From an uncultured Candidatus Rokubacteria bacterium (GTDB lineage: Bacteria > Methylomirabilota > Methylomirabilia > Rokubacteriales > CSP1-6), in contig CAVYTA010000006.1 in NCBI GenBank assembly GCA_963771355.1, positions 1,760,001-1,824,000 of the forward strand: a stretch of 64,000 nt of DNA, in the 5' to 3' direction. How positions within the stretch are numbered: the stretch's first letter is position 1; each line of letters begins with the position of its first letter. Below are positions 28,850 to 40,985 of the stretch, piece after piece. The translations under genes and the position numbers were made by a program. The notes under the pieces are model-generated. The model was not told the origin of the DNA. It made no database searches and was given only the letters and a program-made list of their open reading frames with translations.

Positions 28850-29209
28850 TCACCCCTGGTGCCGCGTCACGTGGGCCGACACCGCGCGCCAGCGGCCTCC
28901 CTGGCGCGCCCACACGTCCGTGTAGCGCCCCGCCCCCGGCTTCCCGTCCCCCAGGGTGTAGGCGGTCCGGGCATGAATGATGGCCACGTCGCCCAGGATC
29001 CGGACCTTGACGTCGTGCGCGGTGAGTTCCGAGATCTTGACCGGCACCGCGGTCTGCTTCAGGAAGGCCGCCCGATCGATCAGGGATCCGTCGGGATTCG
29101 AGCAGTAGAACTCGTCGGCGAGCAGCTCCTCGAAGCGCCCCACGTCCGAGTTCTGCACAGACCGGATATAGTCGCGATTGAGCTCGAGCAGGATGTCGAG
29201 ATCGGACAT
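28850..29209 (-). CDS. NTF2-like/DUF4440 protein
   Basis: LLADEF...PDGSLIDRAAFL...RYTDVWARQGGRWRAVSAH. Confidence 0.85.
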   Translation of the reverse strand: MSDLDILLELNRDYIRSVQNSDVGRFEELLADEFYCSNPDGSLIDRAAFLKQTAVPVKISELTAHDVKVRILGDVAIIHARTAYTLGDGKPGAGRYTDVWARQGGRWRAVSAHVTRHQG

Positions 29210-29229
29210 GACGCGCCTCCCCGGCCGGG

Positions 29230-29760
29230 CTAGCCGGCCGCCTTCTTGGCCGCGGCCAGCGCCGCCTCGTAGTTCGGCTCCTGGCTGATGTCCTTCACGT
29301 ACTCCGCATGCGCCACCTTGCCGTCCTTGCCCACCACGAAGACGGCGCGGGCGCTGAGCCCGGCCAGCGGGCCATCCTTCACGAGGGTGCCGTAGGCCGG
29401 TGCGAAGGACCGCTCGCGGAAGTCGGACAAGGTCTTCACCGCGCTGGCCCCGGCGGCGGCGCACCAGCGCTTCTGGGCGAACGGCAAATCCATGCTGATC
29501 GTCCACACCTCCACCCCGCCGGGAAGCTTGCCGGCTTCCATATTGAAGCGACGTGTCTCGGTGTCGCAGGTGGGGGTATCGAGGGACGGCACCGCGCTGA
29601 GGATGAGCACCTTACCCTTGGCGTCCGAGAACTTCACGGAGGCGAGGGAGTTGTCCACCGCGGTGAAGTCGGGCGCGGGCTGTCCGGGCTTGATCTCGGG
29701 TCCCACCAGGGTCACGGGATTTCCGCGAAGTGTCACCGCATTCGGTCTGGCGTCGGGCAT
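29230..29760 (-). CDS. tpx: Thiol peroxidase (atypical 2-Cys peroxiredoxin)
   Basis: PSLDTPTCD, SMDLPFAQKRWC, EPNYEAAL. Confidence 0.95.
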   Translation of the reverse strand: MPDARPNAVTLRGNPVTLVGPEIKPGQPAPDFTAVDNSLASVKFSDAKGKVLILSAVPSLDTPTCDTETRRFNMEAGKLPGGVEVWTISMDLPFAQKRWCAAAGASAVKTLSDFRERSFAPAYGTLVKDGPLAGLSARAVFVVGKDGKVAHAEYVKDISQEPNYEAALAAAKKAAG

Positions 29761-29791
29761 CGGTTGGTCTCCTTCGTGGTGCGTGGGGTGG

Positions 29792-31377
<1,586 letters not shown>

Positions 31378-31432
31378 GGCCGGTATCTTAGCGCAGGCGG
31401 CCGGGCTCGCGGCGTGCATTCCCCGTACCGGC

Positions 31433-31700
31433 TCAGCCGCCATAGCCCCAGTTCCAGCATGGCAGACGCTCCTTCCAGAACCATTCGTCGCAGAGCTGCT
31501 CGTCGCAGCGCTGGCCGCATACCCCCAGCGTGAGGTCGGCGGTGCAGGAGAGCCGGCCCTCGGAGCGGCAGTAGCACGAGCCGAGGAACTCCGACTGCGC
31601 GGCGGGCATCGGGGGCGCGCGATTCGGCAGCAGGCACGGCCGCGAGCATCGCGACGACCAGGAGCCGGAGAATGCGAGCGACGAGGCGTGGGTTGCGCAT
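31433..31700 (-). CDS. Small Cys/Trp-rich peptide, probably secreted (frameshift at C5 run near 31613, or 58-aa ORF from 31609)
   Basis: 31609-31433 reads [58 protein letters not shown]; signal-peptide-like segment from ATG 31700 in adjacent frame. Confidence 0.6.
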
Positions 31701-31735
31701 TGACCCTATTCCAGCACCTCCCTATACTCCGCGCA

Positions 31736-32995
31736 ATGAGTCGTGGCCTCGCGCTCAGCGCCTTTGTGGCCGGCATCCTGCTGGCCGCGCTCCCGGTCGC
31801 CTCGGCGCCCTCCACCGCGGTTCGCGCGGTGGCCGCCGTCGGTGATTCGGCTCCCGGCGGCGGGCGATTCGGCGGCTTCACGGTGGAATCCCTTCCCGTG
31901 CTCGCTCCCACCAATAGCCGGGGGCAGGTCGCCTTCTTCGCCGCCATTCACCGCGGCCCCGGCGGCGAGGGTTTCTTTCTCCGCTCGCGGGACCGGGTCA
32001 CCAGGATCGCGCGAGAAGGCGACACGGTACCGGGCGTGGGTGCGCTCTCGGGCTTCGGTCGGCACCCTATCCCCGCGCTCAACGAATCCGGCGCGGTGGC
32101 CTTTGCCGCCGCCGTCACCGGCGGCAAGACGGTAGAGGGCATCTTCCTCTCCGCCCGGGGCCGCCTCCAGCCGGTGGCGCTCAGCGGCGGGCCGGCTCCG
32201 GGCGTGTCGTCGGGCACGCTCTCCGGCGTCGAATCCCCTGCCCTCAACGATCGCGGCGACGTGGCTTTCCTCGCCACGGTGAGACGTGGCCGCGAGACCC
32301 TGGAAGCCATTTACGTGCGCGAGGCGGGCGGGAGGCTGCGCAAGGTCGTCGCCCAGGGCGACCCCGCGCCCGCCGGCGGCAGCTTCGCGGGCTTCGGGGC
32401 GCCCGTGCTGAACAACAAGGGGGTGGTCGGCTTCGCGGCGGCGGTCGAGGGCAAGGCGGTGCCGGGCGGCATCTTTCTCGTCGAGGGCGGCCAAGTCCGG
32501 ATGCTCGTGGGCGCGGGCGACGACACACCCGTCGGCGGCATCTTCTTCAAGTTCTCGGAGCGGTTCAGCCTCAATGACGCGGGCACGGTAGCCTTCAACG
32601 CCGTGCTCAAGGACGTACCTTTCGCGGGAGGGCTATTCGCCATCCAGGCGGGTCGGGTGCTCAAGGTCGCCGTGGTCGGCGATACCGCGCCCGGCGGCGG
32701 CGCGTTCTCCCACTTCGGGCTCTGGCCCGGCCTCAATGCCCGCGGCAGCCTGGCGTTCGTCGCCTCGGTGGACGGCGGGCCGAGCCCGATGGCCGTGTTC
32801 GTGGGGGATCCGGCGCTGGTGGAGCGCATCGCCGGGATCGGTGACGATTTACCGGGCGGCCGCCTCCAGTCCTTCGGCCTCTATCCGCTCGTCGCCATCA
32901 ACAATGCGGGAGGTGTGACCTTCGCCACCGCCCCCACCGCCACCGGGGAGGGCGTGGAGGGGATATTCCTGACCGGATCCGACGCGCGTCCCTGA
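31736..32995 (+). CDS. Secreted NxxGxVAF tandem-repeat (beta-propeller-like) protein
   Basis: Signal peptide; seven repeats [56 protein letters not shown]. Confidence 0.85.
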   Translation: MSRGLALSAFVAGILLAALPVASAPSTAVRAVAAVGDSAPGGGRFGGFTVESLPVLAPTNSRGQVAFFAAIHRGPGGEGFFLRSRDRVTRIAREGDTVPGVGALSGFGRHPIPALNESGAVAFAAAVTGGKTVEGIFLSARGRLQPVALSGGPAPGVSSGTLSGVESPALNDRGDVAFLATVRRGRETLEAIYVREAGGRLRKVVAQGDPAPAGGSFAGFGAPVLNNKGVVGFAAAVEGKAVPGGIFLVEGGQVRMLVGAGDDTPVGGIFFKFSERFSLNDAGTVAFNAVLKDVPFAGGLFAIQAGRVLKVAVVGDTAPGGGAFSHFGLWPGLNARGSLAFVASVDGGPSPMAVFVGDPALVERIAGIGDDLPGGRLQSFGLYPLVAINNAGGVTFATAPTATGEGVEGIFLTGSDARP

Positions 32996-33007
32996 CGAAC
33001 GCGCGCG

Positions 33008-34060
33008 TCAGTTCATGTCGGAGGGCGGATACTCGACGAAGACGTTGGCGGCGGTTATGAGGAGATGCCGCGTGGGGGTGCGCGGCGGCACCGGCTCACC
33101 GCGCAGCATCCGGAGGGCAAGGGGGAGGACGTCATAGCCGTAGCGGTCGAGATAGAACGCCACCGATCCGATCACGATGCTTCCCCGGTTGGTCGGGTCG
33201 ATTTCCTTCTTGTCGGTGATCCCGCCGTGGATGTTCCGGTCCAAGCCATGGCTCGCGATGGCGGCGTCCGAGGCGCGACCCGCCTGCTCGAGCGCGCTCT
33301 TGGCGGCGAGCGCGGTGGCATCGTCCGTCGCCGCCACCAGCACCTTGGCGCCCGGATGCGCGGCGAGATACTTGCCCAGGAGCGCCCCCACTCGCGCGGG
33401 ATTGCCCTGGGTGTCGAGCGTGGCCGGCTTCACGCCGGGCAGCTTCGCGCGAAGTCCCTCCACCACGCCCTGCACCCGCTCGGGCACGCGATCGGCCTTG
33501 GCGTCGATCGGTCCCACGATGACCGCGACCGTCGGCTGGCCCCGCCAGGAGCGCGCGGCGAACTGGCCGAGCGCCTCCCCCGCGATACGTCCCGCGGCGA
33601 CGTTGTCCGCCGTGTACAGCGGCGCCCCCGGCACGGGGTAGTTGACCGCGAGGATGGGGATACCCGCAGCTTTGAGCCGCGCCGCAATGGCGGCGTTGGC
33701 GTCGGAATCCTGGGAATACAGGATGTAGAGGTTCACCTTCCGCGCGACGGCGTCCTCGGCATTGGCTTGCGCCTTCTTCGCGTCTCGCTGGTTGTCGTAG
33801 AAAACAAGGTCCACCGGCAGCCTCCGGGCCGCGAGAACGAAGCCCGATCGGACCTCCACGCCCGTGAAGCCGGTTCCCTCGAGGGTGACGCCGGGCTCCT
33901 CGGTGAGATTGGCGAAGGCGATCGTGTAGCGCCGATCCTGACCGGTGGCGGCGCGCGCGGAGAGGAACGCGGCACCGGCGACCGGCACGCCGAGGAGGGT
34001 CAGACAGAACCGCCGGCGCTCCTCGCGGAGCGCCGGCGCCGAGTTCTGCGTCACGAGCAC
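33008..34060 (-). CDS. Periplasmic sugar-type (class I) substrate-binding protein
   Basis: Tat-like RRRF signal; DNVAAGRIAGEAL motif; no cognate permease adjacent. Confidence 0.8.
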   Translation of the reverse strand: MLVTQNSAPALREERRRFCLTLLGVPVAGAAFLSARAATGQDRRYTIAFANLTEEPGVTLEGTGFTGVEVRSGFVLAARRLPVDLVFYDNQRDAKKAQANAEDAVARKVNLYILYSQDSDANAAIAARLKAAGIPILAVNYPVPGAPLYTADNVAAGRIAGEALGQFAARSWRGQPTVAVIVGPIDAKADRVPERVQGVVEGLRAKLPGVKPATLDTQGNPARVGALLGKYLAAHPGAKVLVAATDDATALAAKSALEQAGRASDAAIASHGLDRNIHGGITDKKEIDPTNRGSIVIGSVAFYLDRYGYDVLPLALRMLRGEPVPPRTPTRHLLITAANVFVEYPPSDMN

Positions 34061-34069
34061 TCCCCGCGG

Positions 34070-35083
34070 TTAGCGGATGCCCTCGATGGCGACGAAGTTA
34101 CCGGTCATCCCGACGGCCTTGGGCACCGTCATGCTGAAGAAGAACGTGGCCCGGTTCGTCGCCGCCGCCTCGGCGGCAATGAGGTCGGTGCGCACGTTCT
34201 CGATGATGTGGATGCCGTTGTCCGTGAGCAGGATATTGTGAACGATGAAGGCTTCCTTCGGATCCTCGCCGGGGATCACCTCGACGACCCACGTGTCCGC
34301 GCCCACCGCCACGACCTTCTGGGAGACGAGCCACTTGGCCGCCTCCTTGCCGATGCCGGGCGCGGCACCGTTGAAGACGGCGTTCTGCTTCGGGAACTGC
34401 TCGAAGAGGTCGCCCCATCCGGTGTGGATGACGACGATGTCGCCCTCGCGCAGGGTCACGTTGTACATCCGGAGCCCCGCCTGGAGGTCGGCGGGGGTGA
34501 TGAGGGTCCCCCCGTCGAGGCAGGGCTTGCGGCAGGCCGGATTGGTCTTGAGCTTGCCGGCCGCCTGGAAGACCTTCACCATGTCCAGCACCACCCCGCG
34601 GGTCGCGAATGACTTCAGATGCTCGAGACCCAGCTTGGTCATGTTGTTCTGGTTGATGAACTTCCCCATCGCAATCTGATTGAAGTAGCAGTCCTTCCGC
34701 CCGATATGGCCCATCCCGTCCAGGTGGGTTCCCACATGGCTCTGGCTGAGCCAGGTGTCTTCCATGTAGGTGAGCTGGTTCTCGCCGAACGCCCCGCCGG
34801 GGGCCAGGCTGGACGCCGTCAGGATGGTCTTGGTGAAGCGGCTCCCGAAGAGCGGGATTCCGTCCACCAATGGGTAGGACATGACGACGACCTTCCCCTC
34901 CTGGATCTCCGCGGCAGCCGCCTTGGTGACGGCGGGGGTGATGCGGTTGGTCGCGCCGGTCTGGTCATTCGGCCCCCAGGGGGACGGGGGCACCAGGGTC
35001 TTGCAATCGGTCTGCGCGAACGCCAGGGATGCCGAGGTGAGAAGCAGGACGGCGGACGCGCCGAGGACGGATCGAATCCTCAT
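34070..35083 (-). CDS. Cyclase-family (kynurenine formamidase-like) metal hydrolase with signal peptide
   Basis: WGPNDQTGATN, HVGTHLDGMGH, IHTGW, VGADT, GIHIIEN. Confidence 0.88.
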   Translation of the reverse strand: MRIRSVLGASAVLLLTSASLAFAQTDCKTLVPPSPWGPNDQTGATNRITPAVTKAAAAEIQEGKVVVMSYPLVDGIPLFGSRFTKTILTASSLAPGGAFGENQLTYMEDTWLSQSHVGTHLDGMGHIGRKDCYFNQIAMGKFINQNNMTKLGLEHLKSFATRGVVLDMVKVFQAAGKLKTNPACRKPCLDGGTLITPADLQAGLRMYNVTLREGDIVVIHTGWGDLFEQFPKQNAVFNGAAPGIGKEAAKWLVSQKVVAVGADTWVVEVIPGEDPKEAFIVHNILLTDNGIHIIENVRTDLIAAEAAATNRATFFFSMTVPKAVGMTGNFVAIEGIR

Positions 35084-35189
35084 GCCACAAACCCCTTTCG
35101 GCAATGAAAGGAACCGCACGGCACACGTGTGGGCGGTGCCCGACGCCGGGGATTTTGAGCCGACGTCCCGGCGAAGTCAAGGCCCGCGG

Positions 35190-35558
35190 TCAGCCCTGCC
35201 GGAGGTAGGAATCCCCGCCGGTGAACATGTCCTCGCGCGGTGGCGCGAAGACGTCGATGACCTCGGTGTCCTCGGGGAAAAAGGCCTCGTGGGGCGTATT
35301 GCCGGGGATGACCCCGCAATCGCCCGCGCGGCACACGCGCTTGTCACCGTCGAGGTCGAACTCCATCCGGCCCGAGATCATCCAGAAGATCTGCTCGTGC
35401 GGATGCTGGTGGCGCGCGGCATGCGCCCCCGCCTTCATCTGCCAGAAGACGATCATGCCCTTGTCCCCCACCACGATGCGGCGGGTGATCTTGTCGCCGA
35501 TCTTCTCCTCGGGGAGCTCCTTGAGGTTGACGTAGCCGTGCATCACGGGGACGGACAT
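35190..35558 (-). CDS. Cupin domain protein
   Basis: HQHPHEQ, IPGNTPH, DVFAPPREDM. Confidence 0.9.
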   Translation of the reverse strand: MSVPVMHGYVNLKELPEEKIGDKITRRIVVGDKGMIVFWQMKAGAHAARHQHPHEQIFWMISGRMEFDLDGDKRVCRAGDCGVIPGNTPHEAFFPEDTEVIDVFAPPREDMFTGGDSYLRQG

Positions 35559-35710
35559 GGTGGGCCTCCTTTTGGGACCGACTCGCGTCGAGGGTGGCTC
35601 GGGCTGCCCAGACCCTAGCCAGCGGCCCCCGGCAAGTCAAGCGGCGTTGACCCGCTCCGGGGGCGCATGGGATACTTTGCGGCGTCCCTACCAAAGCCTC
35701 GGGAGGCGCC

Positions 35711-35896
35711 ATGCCAAACATCACCGTCCAGTGGTACGCCGGCCGCACCGACCAGCAGAAGCGCGAGATCACCCAGGCCATCACGGAGGCGATGGTGAAC
35801 ATCGGCAAGACCACCGCCGACCAGGTCCACATCGTCTTCCAGGACGTGGAGAAGTCCAACTGGGGATACAACGGCAAGCTCGCGAGCGATAAATAG
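35711..35896 (+). CDS. 4-oxalocrotonate tautomerase family
   Basis: Pro-1 after Met, GRTDQQK, NWGYNG; 61 aa; GGAGG RBS. Confidence 0.92.
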   Translation: MPNITVQWYAGRTDQQKREITQAITEAMVNIGKTTADQVHIVFQDVEKSNWGYNGKLASDK

Positions 35897-35904
35897 GAGC
35901 CACC

Positions 35905-36822
35905 ATGCTCGACCTCAAAGGGATCACACCCGCCACCGTCCTGCCGCTGACGTCCGACGCCCGGATCGACGAGCCCGAGCTGCGCAAGTACATCCGCTGG
36001 ATCGCCGGTCAGGGCATCAAGGCGGTGGCGGTCAACGTGGACACCGGCGAGGGACCGCATCTCTGGCATGACGAGAAGCTGAGCGTCCTCCGCATCTACA
36101 AGGAAGAGCTGGCGGGCCGGGGGATCCCGATCGTGGCCGGGCTCGGCGCCTCCTTCACCGCGCAGGCGGTGAAGTACGCGAAGGAGTACCGCGAGGCCGG
36201 CGCCGACGCCTTCCTGGTCTTCCCCATCACCGCCTATCTCGGCCAGCCCCTCGATCCCGAGGTCCCCTACCGCTATCACCGGGCCATTGCCGACGAGGTC
36301 GGGCTCCCCATGGTCATCTTCACGCTGCAGCCCGCGCTGGGCGGGGTGGCCTTCGACGACGAGACCCTGCTCCGGCTCATCGAGATCCCCCAGGTGGTGG
36401 CCATCAAGGAGGCGCTCTTCGACGCCAAGCGCTTCCGCGAGATCGTGGACGTGGTGCGGCGCGCCCCGCGGCGCATCACCGTGCTCACCGGCAACGACAA
36501 CTTCATCTGGGAGTCCTATCTCCTCGGCGCCGAGGGCGCCCTGCTGGGGGCCTGCGCGGTCACCACCCGGACCCACGTGGAGGTGCACGCGGCGGCCATG
36601 CGCGGCGACTGGGCGGTGGCGCGTGAGAAGGGCGATCGCATCCAGAAGCTGGTGGACGTGGTCTTCGCCGCGCCGGTGCGAGACTATCGCGCGCGCTCCA
36701 AGGAGGTGCTGGTCATGCAGGGCGTGATCCAGCACGCCCACATGCGCGCGCCGCTCTTGCCCATCAGCGCCGACGATCGCGCGCGGCTCAAGCGCGCGCT
36801 CGAGGAGGCCGGGGAGCTTTAG
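35905..36822 (+). CDS. DHDPS/NAL-family aldolase-like protein
   Basis: DTGEG, Schiff-base VVAIKEA, LTGND; usual Tyr of the YNxP motif appears as Phe (IFTLQP). Confidence 0.88.
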   Translation: MLDLKGITPATVLPLTSDARIDEPELRKYIRWIAGQGIKAVAVNVDTGEGPHLWHDEKLSVLRIYKEELAGRGIPIVAGLGASFTAQAVKYAKEYREAGADAFLVFPITAYLGQPLDPEVPYRYHRAIADEVGLPMVIFTLQPALGGVAFDDETLLRLIEIPQVVAIKEALFDAKRFREIVDVVRRAPRRITVLTGNDNFIWESYLLGAEGALLGACAVTTRTHVEVHAAAMRGDWAVAREKGDRIQKLVDVVFAAPVRDYRARSKEVLVMQGVIQHAHMRAPLLPISADDRARLKRALEEAGEL

Positions 36823-36840
36823 CCGGAGCCGCCCCACCAT

Positions 36841-38370
36841 TTGAGCGCGGGCATCGACTACTCGCCCTGGACGGAGCTCCTCGCCGCCATCGTCACCCCC
36901 GACGGCAAGGTGGACTACGAGGTGCTCGCCCCCCGGCGGGATCTTCTCACCCGCTTCGTCGCGGCGCTGGGGGCGGCGAGCCCCGACAGCGCCCCCGAGC
37001 GCTTCCCCACCGACGAGGACGCCCTCGCCTACTGGATCAACGCCTACAACGCCTTCGTGCTGGACGCGGTGATCGAGGAGTATCCGATCCGCTCCGTCTG
37101 GAAGGCCAAGGACGGTCAATTCTTCGAGCGGCCGCGCCACCTGGCGGGCGGACGCGCCGTGAGCCTCAACGACATCGAGCACCGGATCCTGCGCGGGCGC
37201 TTCCGGGAGCCGCGCATCCACTTCGCCATCAACTGCGCCTCCAACGGCTGCCCGCCCATGCGCCCGCACGCCTACGAGCCCGCCGGATTGCGGGAGAACC
37301 TGGATGTCGCCACCCGCCAGTTCCTCGCCAGCGAGTGGAACTGCCGGGTGGACGCCGCGGAAGGCAAGATCTTCGTGTCGCGCATCTTCCGGATGTACGC
37401 GGAGGACTTCGCCGGCGACGCCGACTCCACGGTGGAGTACCGGCGCGGCGTCCTCCGCTTCGTGGCCGAGCACACCGGGCTCGCGCTCTCGGCGCTGGAG
37501 ACCTACGAGCTCGTCTACAACACCTACGACTGGGGCCTCAACGACTCGCACCGCGACCCCCGGCTCCGCCCCATCACCTTCCACGAGAGCGTGGAGGCGT
37601 TCCACGAGGCCGACCCGGGGCTGCGTGAGCTCTTCCTCTACGACGGGAACTTCTGCAACCGGGACTGCTCCTGGTGCACGGTGTTCGGCTCTCCCAAGGG
37701 CTGGCACGTGGACTATAGCGCGCGCCTCCTCGACGCGGTGCTCGCCCACGTGGCGACCGACGGGAACATCAAGTTCTACGGCGGCGAGCCCACCCTGCAC
37801 GCCGAGGGTCTCATCGAGGCCATGCGCTACCTCCGCGCCGGCGGCTTCCGGGGCCTCTTCTCCATCTTCTCCAACGGGGTGAAGGCCCGCACCCTCATCC
37901 GGATGCTCGAGTCGGACCCGCGGACGGAGGCGGTGCTGAACTACTCGATCTACCTCGGGCGCGACGCCCCGCCCCTGCCCGACGGGTCCAAGGCCACTCT
38001 CGAGGAATGGGCGCGCGCCCACCCCATGCGGATGTTCTCCGGCTACAAGGTGCTGTACCGCGTGGGGGCGGGGGTGGACCAGGTCTTCGATCGCGACCGC
38101 GAGAGCGATTACCATGCGCTCTCGGGCTGCGTGCTCTGCTTCCCGGTGCTCAAGTCCACCGGCGAGTTCCACGCCTGTCCCTTCGCGGTCGAGAGCCACG
38201 CTCCCCACTACCGCCTGGGGACGCTGGAGACTCCGCCGGGGGAGGTCTTCGCGAACTACCGGCGGTTCCGGGTCTGGGCCACCTCCGTGCTCGATCCCGC
38301 CGCCCGCGCCCGGGGAATCACGAGCTGCGAGATGTGCCAGCGCCACGTGACGGAGTTGCCGACGTATTGA
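36841..38370 (+). CDS. DUF547-radical SAM fusion protein
   Basis: N-half [38 protein letters not shown]-half [28 protein letters not shown]. Confidence 0.85.
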   Translation: MSAGIDYSPWTELLAAIVTPDGKVDYEVLAPRRDLLTRFVAALGAASPDSAPERFPTDEDALAYWINAYNAFVLDAVIEEYPIRSVWKAKDGQFFERPRHLAGGRAVSLNDIEHRILRGRFREPRIHFAINCASNGCPPMRPHAYEPAGLRENLDVATRQFLASEWNCRVDAAEGKIFVSRIFRMYAEDFAGDADSTVEYRRGVLRFVAEHTGLALSALETYELVYNTYDWGLNDSHRDPRLRPITFHESVEAFHEADPGLRELFLYDGNFCNRDCSWCTVFGSPKGWHVDYSARLLDAVLAHVATDGNIKFYGGEPTLHAEGLIEAMRYLRAGGFRGLFSIFSNGVKARTLIRMLESDPRTEAVLNYSIYLGRDAPPLPDGSKATLEEWARAHPMRMFSGYKVLYRVGAGVDQVFDRDRESDYHALSGCVLCFPVLKSTGEFHACPFAVESHAPHYRLGTLETPPGEVFANYRRFRVWATSVLDPAARARGITSCEMCQRHVTELPTY

Positions 38371-39174
38371 TGCTCAACGGGCCCAAGTTCGTGGAGGTCT
38401 CGGACCTGGTGCGGGTGTTTTCCACCCCCGACGGGCCGGTGCGGGCGCTGGACGGCGTGTCCTTCGACGTCCGCCGGGGCGAGTTCCTCTCCATCGTGGG
38501 CCCGTCGGGCTGCGGCAAGAGCACCCTGGCCATGCTCATCGCGGGGCTCCTGCGCCCGACCTCGGGCGTGATCGTGCTGGACGGCCGCGCGGTGGACCGG
38601 CCCCAGACCGATCTCGGCATCGTGTTCCAGAACGCGGTGCTGCTGGCCTGGCGCAGCGCGCTGGACAATGTCCTCCTCCAGCTCGAGATGCGCGGGCTTG
38701 ATCCGACGGAGATACCGGGACCGGGCGCTCGAGCTACTACGGAGCGTGGGGCTGGAGGGCTTCGCGCGCCGGCTCCCTCACGAGCTGTCGGGCGGCATGC
38801 GCCAGCGCGTGGCCATCTGCCGGGCCCTCATCCACGAGCCCCCGCTGCTGCTCATGGACGAGCCCTTCGGCGCGCTGGATGCGCTCACCCGCGACCAGAT
38901 GACGCTCGACATCCAGGGCATCTGCGCGCGCGGCGGCAAGACGGTGCTCTTCATCACGCACTCCATCACCGAGGCGGTGTTCCTGTCGGATCGCGTGATC
39001 GTCATGACGCCGCGGCCGGGCCGCATCGACAGCGTGGTGGAGGTCGAGCTGCCCCGCCCCCGACGGCTGGCCGTGCGCGAGCACCCGGCGTTCGCGGGGT
39101 ACGCCCGCGCGATCCGCGACCGCTTCATGGCCCAGGGCGTCCTGCGCGACATCGAAGAGGCCCCCACGTCATGA
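38370..39174 (+). CDS. ABC ATPase (NitT/TauT type), frameshift near 38705
   Basis: GPSGCGKST in one frame; LSGGMRQR and MDEPFGALD in the next. Confidence 0.85.
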
Positions 39175-39947
39175 CCTGGCGCGACTGGAGCCCGCCGCTG
39201 GTCACGCTGGTGGCGATGGTGGTGGTCTGGGAGCTCGCAGTGGCTCTCTTCCGTGTGCCCGAGTACATCCTGCCCACGCCGCGCGGGATCGCCGCGGCCA
39301 TGGTCAAGGAATGGCGTTACCTCGCCCTGCACACGTGGATCACCGTCCAGGAAGTGCTGCTGGGATTCGCGATGGCGGTGGCGGTCGGCATCCCCATCGC
39401 CATGGCCATCGTGTACTCCCCGGTGGTCGAGCGTGCGATCTACCCGCTCCTGGTCGGCTCGCAGTCGGTCCCCAAGATCGCCATCGCCCCTCTCCTGATC
39501 TTCTGGGCCGGGCTCGGCCTCTTCCCCAAGGTGCTGGTCGCCTTTCTCATCTCGTTCTTTCCCATCATCATCGACACCGTGGTGGGGCTCCGGTCGGTGG
39601 AGCCCGAGATGCTCCACCTCGCGCGCTCCATGGGGGCCGGGGCGGGGCGCACCTTCCTCAAGATCCGCTTCCCCTCCGCGCTGCCGAACATCTTCGCCGG
39701 GCTCAAGGTGGCGGTGACGCTGGCGGTGGTGGGCGCCATCGTGGGCGAGTTCATCCAGGCCGACCGGGGCCTCGGCTACGCGCTGCTCCAGGCCAATGCG
39801 GTGATGGACACCCGGCTCGGCTTCGCCGCCATCATCGTGCTCTCGGCGGTCGGCATCGCCATGTTCGTGGCCGTGGATCTCATCGAGCGGCGGCTCATCC
39901 CCTGGCACGCGTCTCATCGCTCCGAGCTCGCCGCCGGCACTCTTTAA
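39171..39947 (+). CDS. ABC permease (NitT/TauT type)
   Basis: [24 protein letters not shown]. Confidence 0.92.
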   Translation: MTWRDWSPPLVTLVAMVVVWELAVALFRVPEYILPTPRGIAAAMVKEWRYLALHTWITVQEVLLGFAMAVAVGIPIAMAIVYSPVVERAIYPLLVGSQSVPKIAIAPLLIFWAGLGLFPKVLVAFLISFFPIIIDTVVGLRSVEPEMLHLARSMGAGAGRTFLKIRFPSALPNIFAGLKVAVTLAVVGAIVGEFIQADRGLGYALLQANAVMDTRLGFAAIIVLSAVGIAMFVAVDLIERRLIPWHASHRSELAAGTL

Positions 39948-39972
39948 CGCAGGAACCCAAGGAGAACCACGT

Positions 39973-40977
39973 ATGTCTCGACGCCCCACGCTCATCGGCG
40001 TCCTCGCCGCCCTCGCCGCCCTCGCCGTGGCCGCCCTGCCCGCGCCGGCCCAGGCCCCCCGCGACAAGGCCACGCTCAAGCTGAACTTCTATGCCTACGG
40101 CGAGCACGCCGCCTTCGCCTACGGACTGGAGAAGGGGATCTACGCGGAGGACGGAATCGAGCTCACCATCGTGGAGGGTGGCGGCTCGGGCAAGGTGGTG
40201 CAGGAGATCGGCATCGGAAGCGAGCGCTTCGGCTACGCGGACGCCACCACCATGGCCAATCTCGTCTCCAAGGGCTTGCCGGTCAAGATGATCGCCAACT
40301 ATGTCCAGACCAGCCCCATGTCCATCATCTTCTTCGCCGAGACCGGCATCAAGTCCCCCAAGGACCTCGAGGGCAAGAAGGTGTCCTTCACCGCCGGCGA
40401 CTCGCTGCACCAGAACTTCCCCGCCCTGATCAAGCTCAACCGGGTGGACAAGTCCAAGGTCCAGGAGGTGCTCCTCGCGCCCGCCGCCAAGCAGACGGCG
40501 GTGATGACGGGCACGGTCGACGCCATGGGTGGCTACTACACCACCCAGGCCGGGGCCATCGAGTCCGAGACCAAGAAGAAGGTGGGCTACATCCGCTACA
40601 CCGACTTCGGCGTGGGCGCGATGACCCAGGGGCTCTTCGTGCACACCAAGTATCTCGGCGAGAAGTCGCTGAATTGCCGCATGGTGCGGGCCACCGGCCG
40701 CGCCTGGCAGGCGGCCATCAAGGACCCCGACGGCGCGGCGGCGGCGCTGCACAAGCTCTTCCCCAAGACCAACAAGGGCCTCACCGACCTGACCAAGAAG
40801 CAGTGGCAGGACTCGGCCGATCTCCTGTATACGAAAGCTTCTCAGGGCAAGACCCCCGGCCTCATGATGAAGGAGGATTGGGACACCCTGCTGGGCCTCG
40901 CCAAGGAGTACGGCGGGCTCGAGCCGGTGAAGGCGCACGTGGACTACTACACGAACGAATTCTTCGACTGCAAGTAA
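39973..40977 (+). CDS. ABC substrate-binding protein (NMT1/THI5/SsuA-like)
   Basis: Signal peptide; LNFYAYGEHAAF, GGGSG, PKDLEGKK, YTNEF. Confidence 0.9.
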   Translation: MSRRPTLIGVLAALAALAVAALPAPAQAPRDKATLKLNFYAYGEHAAFAYGLEKGIYAEDGIELTIVEGGGSGKVVQEIGIGSERFGYADATTMANLVSKGLPVKMIANYVQTSPMSIIFFAETGIKSPKDLEGKKVSFTAGDSLHQNFPALIKLNRVDKSKVQEVLLAPAAKQTAVMTGTVDAMGGYYTTQAGAIESETKKKVGYIRYTDFGVGAMTQGLFVHTKYLGEKSLNCRMVRATGRAWQAAIKDPDGAAAALHKLFPKTNKGLTDLTKKQWQDSADLLYTKASQGKTPGLMMKEDWDTLLGLAKEYGGLEPVKAHVDYYTNEFFDCK

Positions 40978-40985
40978 GGGACCTC

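Noticed and set aside
35344..38346. 1000-aa ORF on - strand
   Set aside because: Antisense shadow of well-supported + strand genes, typical of high-GC DNA; no motifs
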